Shown here: positions 28,380 through 36,306 of the stretch, in pieces
Numbering within the stretch: the first letter of the stretch is position 1
How the letters are laid out: every line of letters begins with the position of its first letter
Assembly: GCA_002505695.1 (NCBI GenBank)
Contig: DAVU01000020.1
Location: 5,976-69,975, forward strand
DNA from: Euryarchaeota archaeon UBA487
GTDB taxonomy: Archaea > Thermoplasmatota > Poseidoniia > Poseidoniales > Thalassarchaeaceae
Direction: 5' to 3'
Length of the DNA stretch: 64,000 bases
The notes under the pieces: generated by a model
What the model saw: only the letters and a program-made list of their open reading frames with translations
What the model was told of the DNA's origin: nothing
Database searches by the model: none
Position numbers and translations under genes: made by a program

Positions 28380-29561
28380 TCAATTTAGTATTCCCCAAGC
28401 ATGTTCGGCATTACCCCTGATCCAGCCATAGTCATCTAGTCCCCTCTCCCCATTTTGGTCAACGATCTTCAGAGTCTCGACCTCCAGCGGGTACTCATTG
28501 TAGGTTAAATGGCTGGTGAACCCCGCCCTGGTTGGTTGGTCGAAAGACCAATGCGCCCTTGAGGTAGCCCTCACCCGAAGTTCGATGTTAGTTGTTTCAT
28601 TGTGCAGCTTGATCAAGAACCTAGGCAGTGGGTGCCCGTCTGAGTCTAGGAGGCGGTCCTTCTCGTTGGGCCTCAAGAGTTCTACACTTCCAGATTCCAG
28701 CCTCTCAGTTGTGTCTCTTGATCTGTCATGCATCACCCCTCTTGCGTTCTTTGGCCATCTAAACGAGTCTCTTTTGGCCCATGGTTTCGAGTCCTTTTTT
28801 GTCATTGACATTGACACATGTGGTAGGAACCAATCAAGATAAGTCCCATCGTCGAAGTGGAGGAAGCCCCAGAACCATGGCACACTGGGGGCTTGAACTG
28901 TCACTTTCTGGAAGTAAGCGGTCCCTTGGACCTCCTCTTCATCGATTTTTACACTTGCCTTCATGCCGTGTATCCTCAGGATGTCGTAGCCCATTCCCAG
29001 TGCATACACGTTGTTTGCATACGTGGCAGTGCTCGGCCGATGCCACCAAGGGGTCATCTCTGCTTGAAACGACTCTGGCAGCCCGGGTTCCGAGTTTGAG
29101 CCTGTTTTGAAGGAAAGCCACATCTTGCTCAGGTCGGGGGTCATTCCAAAAGATAGGTCGTCCTTGATTATCGGAATAACCGCCCCCCCGCCGATGCCCA
29201 TACCATCGTTAGGCCAGTCGGGGTGCATGTCATCCATGGCAGCAATTCTGCATTCAGTCATCCGAGCAGGCTCGAACATACGATCCCCATCATACCACCA
29301 TGCGCAGACCATACCTGGCAACACATGACCGGCATTCGGATCAATCGCCATCCTAGCCCCTGGAGACCACCAATGGTCATTCACTCTAATCGAAGGAGTC
29401 TCTTTTGTGGACCATAAAACCATCAACTGTCTGGACCTTTTCGGATTTTTTGGATCGGGCAAAATAAGGATGAACCACCACCACCACCAGGAGAGTCTCT
29501 TGATCGGAGGGAGGACGTCGAACCTCCAAAGGGTTGAGAGGTCTCCTTCGAACCTATCCAT
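28380..29561 (-). CDS. hypothetical protein, tentatively CrtC/AttH/tocopherol-cyclase-like beta-barrel superfamily
   Basis: Start chosen at Met73 of the track ORF (MDRFEGDL), giving only a 10-nt overlap with the upstream permease. Motifs LSWWWWWFILILPDP and GTAYFQKV...PSVPWFWGFLHF resemble FFEGWYxxxxLP and YxEKNWGxxFPxxWxWxQ of tocopherol cyclase, and EWWY of CrtC/AttH. Confidence 0.5.
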   Translation of the reverse strand: MDRFEGDLSTLWRFDVLPPIKRLSWWWWWFILILPDPKNPKRSRQLMVLWSTKETPSIRVNDHWWSPGARMAIDPNAGHVLPGMVCAWWYDGDRMFEPARMTECRIAAMDDMHPDWPNDGMGIGGGAVIPIIKDDLSFGMTPDLSKMWLSFKTGSNSEPGLPESFQAEMTPWWHRPSTATYANNVYALGMGYDILRIHGMKASVKIDEEEVQGTAYFQKVTVQAPSVPWFWGFLHFDDGTYLDWFLPHVSMSMTKKDSKPWAKRDSFRWPKNARGVMHDRSRDTTERLESGSVELLRPNEKDRLLDSDGHPLPRFLIKLHNETTNIELRVRATSRAHWSFDQPTRAGFTSHLTYNEYPLEVETLKIVDQNGERGLDDYGWIRGNAEHAWGILN

Positions 29562-29569
29562 ATCAAGGC

Positions 29570-31201
29570 TCAATCTATCTCCCTCCTTTTGAATATGGAC
29601 TGGCCTACTAGTATGGGTAATGAAATGAAGGCCATTAGAACCGTGATGCTGAGTCCAATAGCAAGTGCTGGAGATCCAGTGCCGAATGTGTGCAATGGAG
29701 GCCTCCAAAAGAAGCTCAGGCCGGAATCGATGTTGAACGCCGTTGACATTTGGGAGAGCATGATGGTGTCTGGCCATGCAACTAGCACCACGGCATCGAT
29801 CATCTGCAGGGACCAGTGGGACACCGATATCACAGGCACCAGTTCAGCTCCGAAGAGGGTCATAACCGCCATTGCAAACTCATAGACTCCATAAATTAGT
29901 GCGAGGTAAACGCCGTATTTTGGAGACATGAGCCCCATTGCATTGAAGATAGACCCGTATGCGGCAAGCGACAGGACAGTCACCGCGCCGATCCCGAACC
30001 ATACGTTGAAATCTGCTAAACGATTACCATCGGGCCCTAAGAAAACAGTCACAAAGGCCATGAGGAGGGACATCAGGAGGACGAATCCTCCTGAAAATAT
30101 CAGGTATCCAGATAACCTGTAGACGATGAACTCCCCTCTGTGGATGGGTTTCGATAGCAAGTAATGTAAGGTGCCATTCTCACTCTCATCCCTAATCAAT
30201 CCCAGTGCTAGGAAGAGTGGGAGGAAAATTCCGATTATCATGGCAAATGCAATTTTTCCGGTGATTATAATGAATGACCTATGCGAAGATTCGCCCATCA
30301 ACTCGGAATCAACGGGGTCCTCATCGACCAACATGTCAGGTTGAATCTGAATTACCGCTCCATCCGCATCCCTGGTCCAAAGGACGTCACATGGGATTCG
30401 GTTCCTGTTTGAGTCGTCATTGTCAGCGGCAATTTGCTCGGGGTACTCGGACCTTGTGCAATCCCCGTCATCGTCAAAACCTTGGCTACTTGATGGGTTA
30501 TCTGGGTCCCAGTCGATCCCATCTTCATCGATGTAGGCCTCTGGTGGATCGGGCGCGACTTGGAATCTCTCGGTCGTGACGCCATAGATTCCGTACCACC
30601 CTTGTGCGACAGTGAGGGTACCGTTTCCATCGAACCTCAGGAACTGTAGATATCTGTCCCCATTGGCCATGACGCAAGAATATGGCGACCAACCGTATGG
30701 CGTGTTCTCTAGATCCTCGCCGATAATTTCCGGGCAAGGCTCATCTGCCTCGGGGTAATAATCCAAGATGTCGTCCCATGAACCTGAAAACAGTGAGGGG
30801 CCATCAGCATCCCAAGAGTGATTTCCAGTATGGGACCTGGTTCCGGCGGGGTAAATTTCGCCCTCTGGGATGAACAGCCCAGAGCCTGGGTATTCGTCTG
30901 GGTTAAAGTCACTCGAACCGTATTTTCTCTCTTGACCCAGAGGATATCCGTCACCATCATAGTCAACCGAATCTCCGTCGTTGTCTATGGATTCGAATCC
31001 ATCTCGCACAGAATCCACGTAGAATGCGGACAGGAGGAGCAGGAGGAGGGTTGAAACTCCGAACACCGTCCATGTTGATGTCTTGTTCCGCAGTTGTTTG
31101 ATCGTCAATTCAATTACCGCCCCTGCCTTTCGGTCCAACGCAGTCCATACGGTGGTGGACAGTCGCCTGCCCTCCGAGTCATTGATCTCTGACCCTGACA
31201 T
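29570..31201 (-). CDS. ABC-2 type permease with ~300-aa acidic extracytoplasmic domain
   Basis: N-terminal TM, then an Asp-rich domain with DNDGDSVDYDGDGYP and DDDGDC calcium-binding-like loops, then five C-terminal TM helices. 1-nt overlap with the upstream ATPase gene. Confidence 0.65.
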   Translation of the reverse strand: MSGSEINDSEGRRLSTTVWTALDRKAGAVIELTIKQLRNKTSTWTVFGVSTLLLLLLSAFYVDSVRDGFESIDNDGDSVDYDGDGYPLGQERKYGSSDFNPDEYPGSGLFIPEGEIYPAGTRSHTGNHSWDADGPSLFSGSWDDILDYYPEADEPCPEIIGEDLENTPYGWSPYSCVMANGDRYLQFLRFDGNGTLTVAQGWYGIYGVTTERFQVAPDPPEAYIDEDGIDWDPDNPSSSQGFDDDGDCTRSEYPEQIAADNDDSNRNRIPCDVLWTRDADGAVIQIQPDMLVDEDPVDSELMGESSHRSFIIITGKIAFAMIIGIFLPLFLALGLIRDESENGTLHYLLSKPIHRGEFIVYRLSGYLIFSGGFVLLMSLLMAFVTVFLGPDGNRLADFNVWFGIGAVTVLSLAAYGSIFNAMGLMSPKYGVYLALIYGVYEFAMAVMTLFGAELVPVISVSHWSLQMIDAVVLVAWPDTIMLSQMSTAFNIDSGLSFFWRPPLHTFGTGSPALAIGLSITVLMAFISLPILVGQSIFKRREID

Positions 31202-32133
31202 TACGCATCACCTACCAAATACCCCAACAAGGACTCAAGATTATCATCTGGATTCTCGATAGAATAGATCTGTATTCCAGACTTCAAGATAAGCATGGGA
31301 AGTAATTGATGTGCCTCAGAGAGATCCTTCGTCATGATTTCCAAGCTTTCATTGTCGATGAACCTAACCCCATAGACTGGTTGCTGGTCAATGAAAGTGG
31401 AGGCAAGTGCCCGCGAGTCAGCGCAGCGTATCAAAATCCTGTGAGGATGTTTGTCAAGCATGGCTCTAATTGCATGGAGGTTTCCAAGCGCGACCAATTT
31501 TCCAGAGTGCAGGATCACGATTTGCTCGGTAATTCTCTCAATCTCCTCCAGAATATGGCTTGAAACCAAGATAGTTTTGCCCCTTGATCCCATTTCTCTG
31601 ATTACGTTCATTATGCTCGTTCTTGCTAATGGATCGCAACCATGTAGAGGTTCATCAAGTATCAAAAGGTCAGGATCATGGACCAATGCTGCGGCTATTT
31701 TTACCCTCTGCCTCATGCCCTTGCTATATTTTCCGATCTCCTTGTTGAGTACACCCTCTAGATCCACGAAACTCAACGCCTGCTCTGCACGCTTTTCGGC
31801 CTCATACCTGGTCATGCCATGCAACCTAGCGAGAGTGGACACGAAGTCTAGCGACGTCATCCAGTCATACATCTTCTCTGACTCACTTACGTATCCCACT
31901 CTCCTGTAGGGGGATGTAGTCTCCCATGGGTCTGTTCCGAAAAGTTTGACAGATCCATTGCTGGGCCTCAATCGCCCCATTAGCAGTTTGAACAGAGTCG
32001 ACTTGCCGGCTCCGTTCATGCCTAGTATGCCGGTGACGCCCCCATCAATCGCAAGTGATACGTCATTGACCCCAATCACCTGACCGTACCATTTCGATAC
32101 GTGATCCAGTGCGATTGCGGGAGTTGAGTTCAT
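31201..32133 (-). CDS. ABC transporter ATP-binding protein (ABC-2/DrrA-like)
   Basis: Walker A GMNGAGKST, signature YSKGMRQR, Walker B LLILDEP. Confidence 0.9.
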   Translation of the reverse strand: MNSTPAIALDHVSKWYGQVIGVNDVSLAIDGGVTGILGMNGAGKSTLFKLLMGRLRPSNGSVKLFGTDPWETTSPYRRVGYVSESEKMYDWMTSLDFVSTLARLHGMTRYEAEKRAEQALSFVDLEGVLNKEIGKYSKGMRQRVKIAAALVHDPDLLILDEPLHGCDPLARTSIMNVIREMGSRGKTILVSSHILEEIERITEQIVILHSGKLVALGNLHAIRAMLDKHPHRILIRCADSRALASTFIDQQPVYGVRFIDNESLEIMTKDLSEAHQLLPMLILKSGIQIYSIENPDDNLESLLGYLVGDA

Positions 32134-33137
32134 TCTCTTGTCACCTCTAAGGATGACACGCGGCTCGCGAAGATCGAGAGGGATGCTGCGTTCATTGCTA
32201 ACAAAGAAACAACAGACATGATGAGCGGGTGATCATAGTTTGGTGGCAATCCCACCAACCATTGTCCCAGATGAGCCAGGCAGTCATATGGGCTCAGGAG
32301 GTAGATGTACGTGGTCTCAAATTGTATCTCAACCAGCCAAGCGACTACCTTTGACCCTAGAATCAATCCTAGGAAAGATACTGAAGCCGTGAATCTGCTC
32401 GTGCTGATGCTTGAGAGTGCTATGCCTATTGATGTGTATGTGAATACAAGGAAGAATCCTGCCACCAACCCTCCAAGGAATATTGGAATCGTATCTGCTA
32501 TGAAGGCCCAACCTTCACCCTTGAATACGATTGCAGCAGAATAATACATCATGTATGTTAGGAGAATGACCGTGGCTAATACAGAAGCAGCACTGAGCCA
32601 TTTCATCGACGCGTAGTCCAATCTCGAAATTGGCCTTGAGAAATACAGCGCACTGGTTCCATTTTTCCTATCATCCGAGACCAAACCACCTACGACCAAT
32701 GCTGTCAATAGGGGCCACATGCAAAGATTTCGAGGGAAATAACCCAACACGTTCCCCCAAAGATTGTACCGATTCACGCCCCACATTCTGTTCAGGAAGC
32801 CCGTGGCATCTCCACTCACCATGGAGGACAAGAGTAGCATCAATATGGGAGTCATCGAACCAAGTATTACGACGAGCAGGGTCAGTCTAACGAAGGGGTG
32901 GTACCTTCTATGCCCTGATCCCGAAATTATTCCGTACACGTGATGTCTGTAAATTGCATAATTTCTAACCCACCTCGGCCCTAGTGACCCATTCCATGGA
33001 CGATAGATCTGTTCGAAGATTTGCCCTTTTGGGGCCGTTGCGACGGTGGCTGAAGTATCGAGATCGCCATCCCCTGATCCATAGGCGGCTTCAATATCGG
33101 CCTCACCAAGACTGTCCCCTCCTACGATGTTGTTCAC
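32130..33137 (-). CDS. ABC-2 type permease
   Basis: Six predicted TM helices. 4-nt overlaps with both flanking ATPase genes. Confidence 0.65.
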   Translation of the reverse strand: MNNIVGGDSLGEADIEAAYGSGDGDLDTSATVATAPKGQIFEQIYRPWNGSLGPRWVRNYAIYRHHVYGIISGSGHRRYHPFVRLTLLVVILGSMTPILMLLLSSMVSGDATGFLNRMWGVNRYNLWGNVLGYFPRNLCMWPLLTALVVGGLVSDDRKNGTSALYFSRPISRLDYASMKWLSAASVLATVILLTYMMYYSAAIVFKGEGWAFIADTIPIFLGGLVAGFFLVFTYTSIGIALSSISTSRFTASVSFLGLILGSKVVAWLVEIQFETTYIYLLSPYDCLAHLGQWLVGLPPNYDHPLIMSVVSLLAMNAASLSIFASRVSSLEVTRE

Positions 33138-34126
33138 TTGCCGGGCACCCCCTTCAAGTCGGATGAGCTCTTTGCAGATTTGCCTAACTTCCGCATTATC
33201 AACAAGAAAATGTCTTCCAAGTCTGGTTCATACTCCCTCAAGACCCTTACCTGTGCGCCGGTTTCAGATGCTCCTTCCAGTATGGCTCTGATCGTTTGAT
33301 CGCCCTGATGTTCGATCCGCATTATCCTCCCCATTCTTCGAACTTTGTGCCCGTGTTGGAGGAGCCATTGTTCCATTTTGGTGGCCCCACCCCACACAGA
33401 TATCTCGATCTCCCGAGTTATCTGTCTGGCAAGCTCGTCTATTCTTCCTTCCACGACCACTTTTCCGCCGGATAGCATGACTACCCTATCGCACACTCCT
33501 TGGATATCTTCCATGACATGGCTGGTCATGATCACAGTTCCACCCCCGTCCGAAATAGTTCTTCTCAGAGTGTCTAGCATGAATTGCCTAGCGGAGGCGT
33601 CGAGGCCATTTGTTGGCTCGTCGCAAAACAGTATTTGAGGGTCGTGAACAATCGCGCATGCTAGCTTAGTAGCCTGTCTCATTCCTGTAGAGAAGGTTTC
33701 TATTTTCCTGTAACGTTGATCTTGAAGTCCGACATATTGGAGTACCTCATGGGCTCTTTGTGTTGCCTGATCGGGCCTCATTCCAAGCAATTCCCCCGCA
33801 TATCTGACTTGGTCAACTGCAGTTAGGCCCGGATCAAGAGAATCGTATTCTGCCATGTACCCTATCTTCGATCTGATGTCTGGGCCCATCGTGACGATAT
33901 CCTTGCCGAGTACTTCACCGCCTCCCTCTGTTATTCTGATTAGGCCTAGAATACACTTGAACAAAGTAGACTTACCAGAGCCATTTGGGCCAAGTATGCC
34001 CACTCCTCCAGTGCCAATGTCAAGATCTACGCCATCTAGCGCTACGTGTGGTCCGTAGAGTTTCCGAAGGCCTCGTATCTGTATGATCGGATTGGCGATA
34101 TCAAAGCCTCCTTCTAATTGTCCCAA
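33134..34126 (-). CDS. ABC transporter ATP-binding protein (ABC-2/DrrA-like)
   Basis: Walker A GPNGSGKST, signature FSTGMRQ, Walker B ILFCDEP. Confidence 0.9.
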   Translation of the reverse strand: MGQLEGGFDIANPIIQIRGLRKLYGPHVALDGVDLDIGTGGVGILGPNGSGKSTLFKCILGLIRITEGGGEVLGKDIVTMGPDIRSKIGYMAEYDSLDPGLTAVDQVRYAGELLGMRPDQATQRAHEVLQYVGLQDQRYRKIETFSTGMRQATKLACAIVHDPQILFCDEPTNGLDASARQFMLDTLRRTISDGGGTVIMTSHVMEDIQGVCDRVVMLSGGKVVVEGRIDELARQITREIEISVWGGATKMEQWLLQHGHKVRRMGRIMRIEHQGDQTIRAILEGASETGAQVRVLREYEPDLEDIFLLIMRKLGKSAKSSSDLKGVPGK

Positions 34127-34141
34127 TGCTAGGCCATTGGG

Positions 34142-36286
34142 CTATGAATCAATCGCCGTCAAGTTTAGGGCATCCTTGTCCAAAGCTCCTTCCCTTACCT
34201 TGACCGCCACTCCCTTTTTCATGACTGCCATCTCCTCTGAGGTGGAGTTTGATACCCCGTGTGCGACAAGGTTGTCATCCTCGTCAACGACTAGACATGG
34301 TTGTCCTACGATTAACCATGGGTCTGCTTTGAGTATGAACCCATGCATGACATTTCGACCGGCTCCCACAAAGGGTATTGCATCCGAGTGGATAGTGACA
34401 CTTGGAAGGCCCGGATGATCACTTAGTGGTTGTAAATCGTTAGAGCCCTCGCCCGTATCCTTCGCCGATTTCATTGCTTCGTGGATTAACTTCGCGCCAT
34501 GGAGAGCAAGGGATATCCCTCCGTCATTCAGCCGGGGCGAGAATAGATGCTTTTCTCCATTGTATACATTGACGGGCCTGTTGGTATTAGAGCGCCTTAC
34601 CCGGATTTCATCCGTGATCTCACACCCAATGGCGGGGCTAACTGCGCAAAGCACTGAAAGCTTGTCTACGAAAGAGCACCTGTCAATCCATGCCAATATC
34701 GATTTATCCTGTTCATATTCAGAATCTTCGGGCGTTAGGACTAGGACTGGAATTCCTCCCAGACCCATCGACTCAAGATCTACGCTGTAGTCTGCATCCT
34801 TGGTATCAATGGGATCTATGTTGGATCCCTCGACCCTGCACCACGGGGAGAGGTCCTCCAGAGAGTATGGCACCAATCCAATCAGCGAATCGATCATAAC
34901 CACTGTTCTGGGATCTTCTTTCAAAACTCGTTGAACAGTTGACCCGTACGAGGCTCTCCAAGGTGGTTCTCCCCCTTTCATCACGACGACCCTGGATGGT
35001 GCCCCGAAGGAGCCATCATGCCACGACCCGGGGGGCCTCCATCTCTGAACCAACAGAGAGTTAGCATGGATAATGTGTGGTCTGTGGAGAAGGTCTTCGC
35101 TAAGGGGTTCAGATGAGGGGCGAATAGGGTCAGTAGATCTGATAATTGATCGCATCCTCTTGGCCGAGGGCTCGTTGGGGTCAGTTCTTTCTCTGATGAT
35201 TCCCAGGAAGGCCTCCCTGAGGTGTGGTGATGAATGACTTCTCCTCTCTGCCATGCCCCATATTGACCCATTTCTAACTGCCTCTCTGCACCTAGCAAGT
35301 TCCCGCTGTGTCACCTCTAGATTGTGTCGTGCCAGTAGATTGGTTCTTTCTGGCTTGCTCATCGCCCTGACTTGTGCTGGAGTGTAAGGGGATATGTGAC
35401 TTGATTGGGTGGGCCACTCTACCATTGATTCAATCCGATAGGTCCCCTCCTCAGAAAGAAGTCGTCCGTCTTTTGCAAACAGTGCATAAGCTGCTGAGTC
35501 AAATAAATCTGCGCCAAGTGCAATGCACATAGGGAATAGCATAGGGTGCCCACAGCCGAATATGTGCATAGGACGGTTTGCAGGTAGTTCGGAGGATGAC
35601 GATAGAATGATCTCAGAAAGATCATGATATCTTTGTGACTCCATCAGCGGGACGATCCCGCCTATGGGATGTATCGAGAAATTGCTCTGTTGGTATTCAG
35701 ATTCTGCCATCATCTTGGCAGACTTGGCCCTGAGATCTTGGTGCAGCCCGCCTTGGATTGGTCCATTCAACATGATCTTTGTATCGGCTACCTGCAGTGA
35801 CTTCGTCGCTCTTTCTGCAGTGATTCTTACGGCATCCTCTATCTCCTTCCTGGTCATGTCAGGTCTACCAAACACATCTAACATCGTGCCAATATCGACC
35901 CCTATAGAGGCTTGAAATCTGACGATTTCTTCTACGGAAACCTCAACGTCCCCGTATACGTAAGATTGGAAGGTTCCAGAATCTGTCATTATTACGCCTG
36001 GGAAATCCAAAAGTTCGTGAATTCCTTCCTTAGTGGCCTTTTCGCGTAGAATCTCGTTCTTCCAAATGACATAAGAATTGGTTATCAAAGCCCTGAATCC
36101 GAATTCATCCCAAAGCGATCTAGGTTCGACAGTAAGGATGTTTGGGTTGACGACTGGTAGGAGTGCAGGAGTATTGAGTACGCCGTGTTTCGTGAAAAAT
36201 TTTCCTAGTCGTGCGGCTCCATCTCTCTGGGTGACCTCGAACTTTCCTAGGTCCTGTGGCCTGCAGGGACTTGGCTCTGATTCCAT
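34142..36286 (-). CDS. tgtA: archaeosine tRNA-guanine(15) transglycosylase (ArcTGT) with C-terminal PUA domain
   Basis: VIMTDSGTFQ, IHPIGG, FGCGHPMLFPMCIALGADLFDSAAY, LLARHNL. PUA-like C-terminus GQPCLVVDEDDNLVAHGVS...KKGVAVKVREG. Confidence 0.88.
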   Translation of the reverse strand: MESEPSPCRPQDLGKFEVTQRDGAARLGKFFTKHGVLNTPALLPVVNPNILTVEPRSLWDEFGFRALITNSYVIWKNEILREKATKEGIHELLDFPGVIMTDSGTFQSYVYGDVEVSVEEIVRFQASIGVDIGTMLDVFGRPDMTRKEIEDAVRITAERATKSLQVADTKIMLNGPIQGGLHQDLRAKSAKMMAESEYQQSNFSIHPIGGIVPLMESQRYHDLSEIILSSSSELPANRPMHIFGCGHPMLFPMCIALGADLFDSAAYALFAKDGRLLSEEGTYRIESMVEWPTQSSHISPYTPAQVRAMSKPERTNLLARHNLEVTQRELARCREAVRNGSIWGMAERRSHSSPHLREAFLGIIRERTDPNEPSAKRMRSIIRSTDPIRPSSEPLSEDLLHRPHIIHANSLLVQRWRPPGSWHDGSFGAPSRVVVMKGGEPPWRASYGSTVQRVLKEDPRTVVMIDSLIGLVPYSLEDLSPWCRVEGSNIDPIDTKDADYSVDLESMGLGGIPVLVLTPEDSEYEQDKSILAWIDRCSFVDKLSVLCAVSPAIGCEITDEIRVRRSNTNRPVNVYNGEKHLFSPRLNDGGISLALHGAKLIHEAMKSAKDTGEGSNDLQPLSDHPGLPSVTIHSDAIPFVGAGRNVMHGFILKADPWLIVGQPCLVVDEDDNLVAHGVSNSTSEEMAVMKKGVAVKVREGALDKDALNLTAIDS

Positions 36287-36306
36287 TCGGCATCCTTCCT
36301 AATTTT

